Assembly (NCBI GenBank): GCA_977020255.1
Contig: CDROCS010000506.1
Location: 1,054,001 to 1,118,000, forward strand
Direction of reading: 5' to 3'
DNA length: 64,000 bases
Source of the DNA: Obrimoposthia wandeli
Taxonomy: Eukaryota
Positions 29,887-38,485 of the stretch are shown here, piece by piece. Each line of letters opens with the position of its first letter. Position 1 is the stretch's first letter. A program made the translations under genes and the position numbers. The notes beneath the pieces were generated by a model, which did no database searches, was not told where the DNA came from, and saw nothing but the letters and a program-made list of their open reading frames with translations.

Positions 29887-31251
29887 TTAAAACTTAGTCG
29901 CGAATGAAAGTGAAATAGTTGACACTGTGCCTTCCAATTCAACTGAAGAGTTATTTGCGCTATCTTGATGCGTGATAGTGTGGTCTGTTGGATCAAGTAC
30001 TTGTAACTGATACGCTAGGTCAATCTGCCAAGGGTAAGCCGTTAAACCCGTACCTTTATGAAAATATGATATGCCCGCACCAACAACCAATTTATCAGCA
30101 CTTAAGTAGTTCACATCCAATGTTGCTTTTTCTGGGTCTAATGGTGATACCTCATAACTTGCACCCGCCATTATTTTCACTGTGTCGCTAAAGTTAAGTT
30201 CCATACCCGCGCGTGGAATGATGATATCTTCAAAGCCAACACTAGCTTGGTCTTTCACCGTGTCGTTTAACATCAATTCATTTAAATCAGACCAGTTTTG
30301 TTGCTCTGCACTGAAAGCAAAACTAACCATGCCCGCTTTAATACGCACACCAGCAGAAATGATATCTGGCTGATATGCATCATACGTTAATAGATTAATC
30401 GGTAAGTCCGTCACTGTTTGAGTAATTGTGGCAGCCGCTTTAATGTTTGCTTGACCATAACTCTCGCCACGGAAAGCTGCAGCAAAAGTAATACCATTAC
30501 CCGAGCAAGACGTATCGCTGCCGCACATCATTCGACCTAAATCTAAGGTGATACCCGCTATTGGGGTAATCACAGGTTCAGCCGCAATCGCGACACTTTC
30601 ATTACCCGCTGCCGTACCATCGAGTTCACTTTCTAAATTCATCGCCGCATCAGCATGCAAAGAGACTTGCGCACCACCACCAATCGTTAAACCAGGTACA
30701 ATTTGGATTGAACCCGACGCTGCAACAAACAGTGGTTTCTCACCATAATTAGCTAACTGACCAGTCTCTGACGTGGACGAACTAAATGCCATCATCTCGG
30801 TACCGTAATTCTCAATACCAGCAATCAAACCAAAGTAAATTGGGTAAGAAAAATTGAACAGATTAGTGACATTAACATTCATGCCAGCAAGTATTGGTTG
30901 CGTTGCTTCATCAAATGTTTGCTCTCCGGCAGTAATATCAGGTGTTGCTGATAATAAACCAACATACATCTCACCTTTGCCTGCAGTGGCTAGCGCAGAT
31001 GGATTGTAATACGCTGCTGATGATTGTGAATTGAATAAAGAGAAAGATTGAGCAGAGGCAATATCAACAGGTGATAAACCAAATGTGGTGCCTAAATTAC
31101 CCATACTAGCCTGAGCCGTACCCGCTGACAGTGCTAATGCAACTGATACAGAAAGTAGAGAGATATTGTTAGATATTTTTTGGGTAGACTGTGTTTTGGT
31201 AGACAGTATTTTGTGAGACGGTATCTTCTTAGTCATTGGTGCTAACTCCAT
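29887..31251 (-). CDS. OmpP1/FadL-family outer-membrane transporter (AupA/FilD-like subfamily)
   Basis: Signal peptide, mature N-terminus ASMGNLGTTFGLSP, YYNPSAL (NPA-like motif), amphipathic beta strands and C-terminal Phe (LSFATKF). Alternative start at 31236. Confidence 0.8.
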   Translation of the reverse strand: MELAPMTKKIPSHKILSTKTQSTQKISNNISLLSVSVALALSAGTAQASMGNLGTTFGLSPVDIASAQSFSLFNSQSSAAYYNPSALATAGKGEMYVGLLSATPDITAGEQTFDEATQPILAGMNVNVTNLFNFSYPIYFGLIAGIENYGTEMMAFSSSTSETGQLANYGEKPLFVAASGSIQIVPGLTIGGGAQVSLHADAAMNLESELDGTAAGNESVAIAAEPVITPIAGITLDLGRMMCGSDTSCSGNGITFAAAFRGESYGQANIKAAATITQTVTDLPINLLTYDAYQPDIISAGVRIKAGMVSFAFSAEQQNWSDLNELMLNDTVKDQASVGFEDIIIPRAGMELNFSDTVKIMAGASYEVSPLDPEKATLDVNYLSADKLVVGAGISYFHKGTGLTAYPWQIDLAYQLQVLDPTDHTITHQDSANNSSVELEGTVSTISLSFATKF

Positions 31252-31575
31252 TTAGCGAAACTAAAATAAGTATTCTCTAGTGGCTCCAGCCACAACAACG
31301 GAATACCTTCAAATTGTTGAACTTAATTAAACATATCCAAATGGACACGTTGTCATTTCTGGGGATAAACATACCTTAATTGCCCTACTCAATGCCGTGC
31401 ATAAATCTATTTACGGCATCATTCAGACACTAATGAGCTAAAAGCATTAACTGTAACTTAATACCTAGTTTTAAACTTCCGACACTGACTTAGTTATTCC
31501 AATTTACTTAGTGTTTATACTCAAACAACATGAATAGCATCACTTAAATGATGAAACCGCAGCATCGATTGCCTC

Positions 31576-31640
31576 GTCATCTTGGATATTTTCTAACATT
31601 GTCATTTTTCGTCATTATTGATACTTAACTTGTCATTTTG
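31576..31640. promoter_or_regulatory. Phased GTCAT direct repeats upstream of the pdsO-like gene
   Basis: GTCAT at 31576, 31601, 31611 and 31632 (the last three spaced 10 and 21 bp), mostly followed by T-tracts. Confidence 0.45.
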
Positions 31641-31721
31641 TTGGCAGTAAAAAGCCTTTATTGGTTGCTTTAATAGAGTCATAGCTTGTTAAGCAGTCTT
31701 ACATCAATAAAGGAACTGACC

Positions 31722-32474
31722 ATGAAAAAATCTATCTTCGCAAAAACATTACTTATTACGTCAATCGCATGTACGAGCATCTCTGCAAATGCAGCAGAAC
31801 AAGAACCATTAACGGCTTGGGAAAAAGCAGGGGTATTTTCATCGACAATTATCGTCGGCACCATTGCTGGCGGCCCAATTGGTTTAGTACTTGGTGTCGC
31901 GGCGGGTGATTGGATTAATAACACGTGGGATAAGTCGATTGAATCTGACCAGTTGATGGTTGAAAATCAGCAAATGACAGAGAATTTACTTGCCAGTGAA
32001 TTACAAAATAATCAGCTGCAACACGATGTATTAATTTTGGATAAACAAATTCAAAACATTTCTGAAACCGAAGAAGTAAATCAACAACTGGTCATGGATG
32101 CTTTACAGCTCGACCTATTGTTTGCAGTGAATCAAAGTGCGATAGATAACACCAATGAAGCACGATTAATGCAAATAGCCGATTACCTAATTGAAAATCC
32201 AAGCATCAGTATCGTCTTGTCAGGTCATGCAGATCCAAGTGGTAAAGAAGAATTAAACGAAAATTTAGCCCAACAAAGAGCCGTCGCAGTACAAGATAAA
32301 CTCGTTGCGTTTGGTGTAAATGAATTAAATATTCAAGTACATTCGTTTGGTGCAGATCTCGCAAGTGCAAAACTAGGTGAGTTAATTCAATATCCACGCG
32401 ATCGTAAGGTCAGCGTCGAGTTCATCGATAATTTAGCAAATGAAAACGCTGCTGAAATGGCGATGCAATTATAG
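31722..32474 (+). CDS. OmpA-domain protein, PdsO-like (sortase-system-associated family)
   Basis: Signal peptide, glycine-zipper segment IVGTIAGGPIGLVLGVAAGDWI, coiled coil and OmpA_C domain (LSGHADPSG...NENLAQQRA...FGA...DRKV). The AAGGA RBS precedes ATG 31722. Confidence 0.75.
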   Translation: MKKSIFAKTLLITSIACTSISANAAEQEPLTAWEKAGVFSSTIIVGTIAGGPIGLVLGVAAGDWINNTWDKSIESDQLMVENQQMTENLLASELQNNQLQHDVLILDKQIQNISETEEVNQQLVMDALQLDLLFAVNQSAIDNTNEARLMQIADYLIENPSISIVLSGHADPSGKEELNENLAQQRAVAVQDKLVAFGVNELNIQVHSFGADLASAKLGELIQYPRDRKVSVEFIDNLANENAAEMAMQL

Positions 32475-32503
32475 TGGCACTCATTAATACATTTTAAATT
32501 TAA

Positions 32504-32556
32504 GCTAGCGATAGAACTATAGCTCGATAAAGATCCACCAGTAATGGATCGCTAGC
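32504..32556. repeat. Long-loop inverted repeat 3' of pdsO-like gene
   Basis: GCTAGCGAT (32504-32512) pairs with ATCGCTAGC (32548-32556). The 35-nt spacer contains a GATCCA/TGGATC hairpin. Confidence 0.7.
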
Positions 32557-32765
32557 CCTTACCTTTGTTTTATATACCTTCAATATTTTTACCCATTCGA
32601 ATACTTCATATCAACATAAACATGCCTTCACGACTTTTCATAAATAATTATTTATCATTTATATCAAAGTATTAAATTAAAATTCACCTTTCTTGAGCTT
32701 TCCTGATTTAAGTTGATTTTAATATTAATAATATTTTCAATAAACTGCCGTCAATCTCAAAACAG

Positions 32766-32779
32766 ACCAGTGTACTGGT
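32766..32779. promoter_or_regulatory. Palindromic operator-like site upstream of the lipoprotein gene
   Basis: ACCAGT-GT-ACTGGT in an otherwise very AT-rich promoter region. Confidence 0.4.
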
Positions 32780-32835
32780 ATTAACAAACTGTTTTGAAAG
32801 CATATGTAATAAATACTTCAATGACGGGACGTAAC

Positions 32836-33861
32836 ATGAATAATAAATTTAAATTAACATTACTCGCTACCAGCACAATACTACTAACTGCATGTGGAAG
32901 TGGCGGTTCAAGTAGTAGCGACGCCAACAAAAACAATAAAACAACACCACCGAATACTAATAGCTCAGTTATTTTTGAAGATGGAATACAAGCTATCCGC
33001 CCAGGCTACACCCCTTTAAGATTAAACATCGTCAACTTACGTCGTGAACCAGTAAAGTTTACGATTGGCCAGCCTACCGCTGGCAGCAAAAACGGCGAAT
33101 ATACAAAATACATAAAAAGCGATTTAGCCGAAGCAAGTGACAATATGCTACAGACTGAATGGAGAAACGGTAATGACCACAGCATACAAATTAAAAATAC
33201 TAATCTAGACGACCCATTAGATGTCCAAGTTACAGATTCCACTGCAAATATTCCATGGGAAATCAAAGAACAAATTACAACGGGAAATGAAGAGGCTGGT
33301 CACATACTCATTTTACCTAGTGCTACCGATATTGATGGTCAAGTACCAGTGGCATTTATCGAAGGTAATCTTGATTTTGATGAGCATAGAAGCGAAGGTC
33401 AAATCAGTTTTGTTAATCGCTTTCAACATTCAAATCTGTCTGAAAGTGAATCTAACATTTGCTTAGCAATGATGGATTATAATGGCAAGGTAGCATCGGT
33501 TGAAGACAACCTTGCTCAATCCGAAGCCACCGAGTTGCTCGATAGTACCAAACTAGGTCTGGAATCGATGAGAAGACTTGTTGTAGTGACGAATACGACA
33601 CTTAATCCTCAGAAAGAAATGACTGATTTAACCGGTTTACAGTTGCAAGCCATTAATAATGCCTGCCCAAATCATGAAGTTACTAACGGCGATAACATTC
33701 AGGTCATTTATATAGGCGTACAAATGGACACCATGATAACAGATATTATTTATAGCCCGGAAGATGGGGAGGTAGCACGCTTTGAGCGCTCGGCGACACT
33801 ACCTTCACTAAAATGGGAATCTGAGATCGACTACCAAATAACTCCAAATAACCTTAAATAA
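32836..33861 (+). CDS. Hypothetical lipoprotein
   Basis: MNNKFKLTLLATSTILLTA-C lipobox followed by a GSGGSSSS linker, with a GGGA RBS before ATG 32836. The mature part has no recognisable family. Confidence 0.8.
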   Translation: MNNKFKLTLLATSTILLTACGSGGSSSSDANKNNKTTPPNTNSSVIFEDGIQAIRPGYTPLRLNIVNLRREPVKFTIGQPTAGSKNGEYTKYIKSDLAEASDNMLQTEWRNGNDHSIQIKNTNLDDPLDVQVTDSTANIPWEIKEQITTGNEEAGHILILPSATDIDGQVPVAFIEGNLDFDEHRSEGQISFVNRFQHSNLSESESNICLAMMDYNGKVASVEDNLAQSEATELLDSTKLGLESMRRLVVVTNTTLNPQKEMTDLTGLQLQAINNACPNHEVTNGDNIQVIYIGVQMDTMITDIIYSPEDGEVARFERSATLPSLKWESEIDYQITPNNLK

Positions 33862-33887
33862 CTCTGGTTCAATCTAATCGAGATAAT

Positions 33888-33916
33888 AAGCGCGTTGTTA
33901 ATTCAACGCGTGTTTT
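33888..33916. terminator. Hairpin between the convergent lipoprotein and regulator genes
   Basis: CGCGTTG-N6-CAACGCG then TGTTTT. Confidence 0.6.
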
Positions 33917-35348
33917 AGTTTTCAGCCTTTTGTAATAAATATTCACTCACTCGATTTAACTTCTTGAGTCGCGGTTTCATTGGATTTGTCTTTAAATACT
34001 TTTTTGCCAAAAAATAGGTTAATGCTTTTTTCACACGAAAAAAAGAAACCTGTTTAGTTGACAGCAACAATTGGTTAGCCCTGTTGAAATCACCTGATAA
34101 TGCATAAGCGACCGCTAATTTCAAACGCGTATCAGCAAGTTTATCTGGTAACCCCTGCTGTAAATATTCAATTGATTTTTGTAATGTTTGCGCATCTTCA
34201 TTCTTGGTATATTGATTTAATAATACTCGCCCATAAGCACCAAATACCAAGGGGCAATCTTGATTACAACTTTCAGTTGATTGCGCTAATTTAGTTACAA
34301 ACTCAGAATTGTCTTCAATGTCCTGGCTGTACGCCAATGCAGTTAACTGTAACCTGTCCATCGATTTAGTCGGATCATGAGGTTTCTTTAAATTAGCAAA
34401 CGCTATCGCTAACACCCTCTTTTTATTCTCACTGCTTGTTAGCCTATCCAACAACTGCAACAATAAATCATCTAATTCCCCATCAAGCTGATCAAAAGAG
34501 AGTGATTTAGTGGTCAGTTCAATATCAGCATTAACGCCATCAATAACCAAATTCAGTTTTAACATGTTCCCGGAATACCGCAAAATAGGTTTTATTTCTA
34601 TGACTTGGCTACGATCAAACTGATAACTCTCAGGGCAAATTTGTTTTGCGGCGGGGGTAGAACATTCAAAGTGCACATCTACATTTTCCCCTGCAAACGA
34701 ATTCTTCAGCCCATAAAACAAAAATCCAGATAAAGCATGGCTGATCGGGTCAGCAGGGATCTCACCCGAACGTGTGATAATTAAAGCCGGAGATACGACG
34801 ATCGTTTTATTACTTTTTGGCCATACCGAGATACCGAAAGCAGTCGCTATAAGGAACAAAACAATACTATAACCAATAAACTTAATGCTCATCTTTGGAT
34901 ATTTTTTTAACTTTGTAGACTGGGTATCTAACGCTTTATTATTTTTAGGGCTAATATTTTTTGAAGATGAAGAAACTGCCTCATCAACAGATACCGTTGA
35001 GATACTGCTTTCAGGAAAACTAACTAGTCCGATAAATGAGTAACCTTTACGTGGATTCGTTATAATCATTTCTGGTGACTTAGTGTTATCACCTAATAAT
35101 TTTCGTAATTTACTTATGGATTGATTTAGTGAGTTTTGAGTCACAACCATATTTGGCCAAACGGCTTCAAATATTCGCTCTCGAGAAACAATATTACCCT
35201 GTGCACTAACCAGCAAAAGTAATAACTGAATCAATTGCGGCTCAATTTTTTGTACTTGTTGATCTTTGCTGATAGTTTGCTTCTTTGGATCAATAATCAA
35301 GCTATTACCAATATAAAACAATCGAGGATTTTCATACAGCGCAATCAT
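33915..35348 (-). CDS. ToxR/CadC-type membrane-anchored winged-helix transcription factor with a large periplasmic domain
   Basis: IEPQLIQLLLLLVSAQGNIVSRERIFEAVWPNMVVTQNSLNQSISKLRKLLGD...IITNPRKGYSF (OmpR-type wHTH), a Ser-rich linker, one TM (FIGYSIVLFLIATAFGISVW) and a helical TPR-like C-terminus. The start is uncertain (35348/35387/35450). Confidence 0.85.
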   Translation of the reverse strand: MIALYENPRLFYIGNSLIIDPKKQTISKDQQVQKIEPQLIQLLLLLVSAQGNIVSRERIFEAVWPNMVVTQNSLNQSISKLRKLLGDNTKSPEMIITNPRKGYSFIGLVSFPESSISTVSVDEAVSSSSKNISPKNNKALDTQSTKLKKYPKMSIKFIGYSIVLFLIATAFGISVWPKSNKTIVVSPALIITRSGEIPADPISHALSGFLFYGLKNSFAGENVDVHFECSTPAAKQICPESYQFDRSQVIEIKPILRYSGNMLKLNLVIDGVNADIELTTKSLSFDQLDGELDDLLLQLLDRLTSSENKKRVLAIAFANLKKPHDPTKSMDRLQLTALAYSQDIEDNSEFVTKLAQSTESCNQDCPLVFGAYGRVLLNQYTKNEDAQTLQKSIEYLQQGLPDKLADTRLKLAVAYALSGDFNRANQLLLSTKQVSFFRVKKALTYFLAKKYLKTNPMKPRLKKLNRVSEYLLQKAEN

Positions 35349-35640
35349 ATACAGTCTCTGTAGAGCAGGTAAAATAGGGGGATGCATTATATACTCAAAT
35401 TTACTAAAAATGCGAATGTAGCGTGGACATTCAAGACACATAGTCACCATTTATATCGAGTCTATAACTCTTTTAAAAACTAACATCTCCTTGTTCTATA
35501 CTGAAATAGCCATCCTAGTATATTTAAATAGTATTTTATGATCTAAGTAACAGTTTACTAGCCCCAACTAAGTATATTTAAAGGTGTAGATACATTACTC
35601 GCGACTACTTGTTAGTCCCATTTTAACCAGGAGCTTCATC

Positions 35641-36072
35641 ATGACCATTAACAACATCCTTTGCCCGACCGATTTTTCAGATACGGCAAATAAAGCGATA
35701 AACTACGCTGCAGAAATGGCAATCATACATGATGCTACCTTGCATTTGGTCAGTGTCATTAATGAGATCCATGGCTTCGATAGTTTTCAAGTGCTCGCTA
35801 TTACACCAAGTGATATTCACGAACATATGCTCAAGATTACTCAAGAAAAGCTGGATGAACTTACTACAGAACTCAAACCAAGCTTGCCACGACATACTGC
35901 GGTACTAGAAGGACACCCATCAACAGAGATCGTCCAAGCGGCTGTCGACTTTGATTGCGACATGATTGTTATTGCTAGCCATGGTCGTACAGGTCTAGAA
36001 CATATCTTAATAGGAAGTGTGGCAGAATCGGTTACCCGTCATGCGCATTGCCCAGTATTGATTGTCAAATAA
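35641..36072 (+). CDS. Universal stress protein
   Basis: ILCPTDFS, DMIVIASHGRTGLEHILIGSVAESVTRHAHCPVLIVK. Confidence 0.93.
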   Translation: MTINNILCPTDFSDTANKAINYAAEMAIIHDATLHLVSVINEIHGFDSFQVLAITPSDIHEHMLKITQEKLDELTTELKPSLPRHTAVLEGHPSTEIVQAAVDFDCDMIVIASHGRTGLEHILIGSVAESVTRHAHCPVLIVK

Positions 36073-36127
36073 CTGGCATAGATATGAAGTAATCCCCGTT
36101 AATGAAATGATGTAATGGGGATTTTAA

Positions 36128-37114
36128 CTATTTAGGCGTAAATTCATTAAACCAAGCCGGTATACGCTCTTCTAACCAATACTTTGGTTTTAATATTGAA
36201 CCATAGACAAAACCAACATGACCACCGTAGCGGCTTAACTCAAATAAAATATTATCTGACATGTCTTCAAGTTTAGGGATCACTTTTTTGGTTAAAAACG
36301 GATCGTCCTCGGCATGAATAAATAAGGTCGGCGTTTCGATTTTATGTAAAAACTGCAAACTGCTGCACTGGCTATAATAATCTAATGCATCTTTAAAACC
36401 ATGCAACGGCGCCGTAACGCGATCGTCAAATTCAACAAAGGTATTAAGCTTTTTCACTTGCTTGGTGGTCATATCTAACGCTGAACGCATATCTAGATGT
36501 TCAAATTTACGCACCACACTGGCTTGTAAACGTTTAATCAAGCGACGTTGGTAGGCTTTTGAAAAACCTTTCTTAATCCGCTCTGCACTTTCTGCTAGCA
36601 GTAATGGCGCAGAAACAATTGAAGCAGCTAATAACTGCGATTTTGTACCTGTTTGAGCTAAATAATGCGTTAACACACTGCCACCCAGTGAATAACCAAT
36701 CGCGAATAACGGCGCATTAGGATAACGTTTAGCCATCAAACCAATCACATAACTTGCATCGCTGGTATCACCAGAATGATAAGCGCGTAATAAACGATTC
36801 GACTCTTCGCTGCAACCACGGAAATGCATCACCAAACCAATCCAACCTGCCGCAGTCACCGCTCGCATGATACCTTTTACATAAGGGGATTCGACAGAAC
36901 CTTCCAAGCCATGAAATATGATAACAATCGGTTTATTATTTTCAGCGGTGGGCAAGGCTGTCCAAGCCAGATCAAGAAAATCACCATCTTCAAGTTCTAG
37001 CCTTTCACTAATTGTCGGTAATTTCAGATTACGGCGGCTAATCGTTGGCAACATCGTTTGTAAATGCGCATTACGGATCCACCACTGGGGCTGAAATTGA
37101 CTCGGTTGAAACAT
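36128..37114 (-). CDS. yheT: YheT-family alpha/beta hydrolase
   Basis: RNAHLQTM, DGDFLDLAW, FHGLEGS, GYSLGG nucleophile elbow, DDPF, GGHVGF. Confidence 0.88.
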   Translation of the reverse strand: MFQPSQFQPQWWIRNAHLQTMLPTISRRNLKLPTISERLELEDGDFLDLAWTALPTAENNKPIVIIFHGLEGSVESPYVKGIMRAVTAAGWIGLVMHFRGCSEESNRLLRAYHSGDTSDASYVIGLMAKRYPNAPLFAIGYSLGGSVLTHYLAQTGTKSQLLAASIVSAPLLLAESAERIKKGFSKAYQRRLIKRLQASVVRKFEHLDMRSALDMTTKQVKKLNTFVEFDDRVTAPLHGFKDALDYYSQCSSLQFLHKIETPTLFIHAEDDPFLTKKVIPKLEDMSDNILFELSRYGGHVGFVYGSILKPKYWLEERIPAWFNEFTPK

Positions 37115-37144
37115 CTATAGCTACCTTCATTTAATCTATTGGCT

Positions 37145-37242
37145 ATTTAAACAACGCCTTAGATATTATTTTATATTTAATGATAACACCACTAACGGAT
37201 TTTTAAATAACACCATGACTATTTTAAATAACACAGCGACTC
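37145..37242. repeat. Degenerate direct repeats in the yheT / DUF2947 divergent region
   Basis: TTTTAAATAACAC at 37201 and 37222 (21-bp period), with looser copies near 37146 and 37176. Confidence 0.7.
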
Positions 37243-37352
37243 ACTTCAATAACATGGCAAGTTGTTTAATGACAGTCCGCTGAGTAATTTATACCGCCAA
37301 GGTTAATAATGTTGTAAACTGAAAATAATTTTACTTATAACCAGTGCCATTA

Positions 37353-37847
37353 ATGAATTATATAGAACTTGAATCTTATTCTCGAAAGTGGATATTTAGT
37401 CATAAATCTCTACCTGTTAGCAGCGATGATCTCGTTAACATCACCCCTTTCAGTAAAGCTAGAGCGGGTCAACTGTGGAGCCAACTGATTAGCTCACAAT
37501 GTAACTTTACCGATCAATTTGGTAAAGGCGATTGGCCACATGACCAAAATACTTGGTTACAAGAGGCTGACTGGCAGCAAGCTTGGGATGATGACGATAA
37601 TAATGATTTACCTGAAGCAGTGCTTGCGCATTTAACCTGGGATGATAATAGTAAAGTCTATTTTTGCTATGAACGTTTTAACATGATTGAAACGAACTGG
37701 GGCACATTTAAACGCAACTGGAAAAACTTTTTATTCTACGATGACGGCGCAATTTTAATTTCAGCCAAACGTAAAGAAGCGCTTTCATTTCGACAGGACG
37801 GTACCGTATTAATTGGTACTCGCGCACCTGTTTCACCAGCAAAATAA
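37353..37847 (+). CDS. DUF2947-family protein
   Basis: MNYIEL..Y.RKWIF, Trp-rich, WKNFLFYDDGAIL. Confidence 0.7.
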   Translation: MNYIELESYSRKWIFSHKSLPVSSDDLVNITPFSKARAGQLWSQLISSQCNFTDQFGKGDWPHDQNTWLQEADWQQAWDDDDNNDLPEAVLAHLTWDDNSKVYFCYERFNMIETNWGTFKRNWKNFLFYDDGAILISAKRKEALSFRQDGTVLIGTRAPVSPAK

Positions 37848-37856
37848 AGAGCCATT

Positions 37857-38324
37857 ATGCATACACTTTGTAGCTGTGGTTTGGCAATGCCCTTTAAAGA
37901 TTGCTGCGGTAAATACATTTATGGCACAGCAGCAGCGGCAACTGCCGAACAATTGATGCGATCGCGATATAGTGCTTATGTACATAACGCGCCGGTTTAT
38001 TTAATGGCAACGCACCATCCAGATTTCATTGCAGATTTGAATGAAGACTTAATTACTGAAACCGCAAAAAACACCCAATGGTTACGATTAGAAATAATCA
38101 TGAGCCAAGGTGATGAAGAAAGCGACACAGGTATCGTCGAATTCAAAGCGTGGTTCCAAGATGGTGAAGATGAAGCATGTCTACATGAACGTTCTAACTT
38201 CATTGCTCAAGATCAACAATGGTTTTACACGCACGGTGAGCTAAATCCAGCGCCACTCAAACAAGGTCGTAATGATCTGTGTTTATGTGGCAGTGGTAAA
38301 AAACACAAAAAATGCTGTGCTTAA
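37857..38324 (+). CDS. ychJ: YchJ-family SEC-C motif protein
   Basis: CSCG...CC, TAEQLMRSRYSAY, LHERSNF, C-terminal GRNDLCLCGSGKKHKKCC. Confidence 0.92.
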   Translation: MHTLCSCGLAMPFKDCCGKYIYGTAAAATAEQLMRSRYSAYVHNAPVYLMATHHPDFIADLNEDLITETAKNTQWLRLEIIMSQGDEESDTGIVEFKAWFQDGEDEACLHERSNFIAQDQQWFYTHGELNPAPLKQGRNDLCLCGSGKKHKKCCA

Positions 38325-38346
38325 CACCTATATAAAATGCCTGGAT

Positions 38347-38440
38347 TCACGCGACTATTTACTATAAAACCAACCATAGATTAGTCGCGTTGAAAATATA
38401 ACTAAACAGATACCAGAAATACGTATCTCGTTTAGTTATA
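38347..38440 (+). other. Two tandem hairpins without U-tract between ychJ and purU
   Basis: ACGCGACTA/TAGTCGCGT (38349-38390), and TATAACTAAAC-AGATAC/GTATCT-C-GTTTAGTTATA (38397-38440). Confidence 0.7.
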
Positions 38441-38485
38441 ACCAAGGATACATCAAATAAAGTAGTAGCTAGGATAGATATAATC

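Noticed and set aside
31261-31500. c-di-GMP-I or other riboswitch upstream of the AupA-like gene
   Set aside because: The GEMM hallmarks (GGCAAAC...GAAA...GACGCAAAGC) were not found on either strand by eye.
35348-35450. N-terminal extension of the ToxR-like ORF (MVTMCLECPR...)
   Set aside because: It has no homology-like character and runs into the divergent usp promoter, so a downstream ATG is more plausible.
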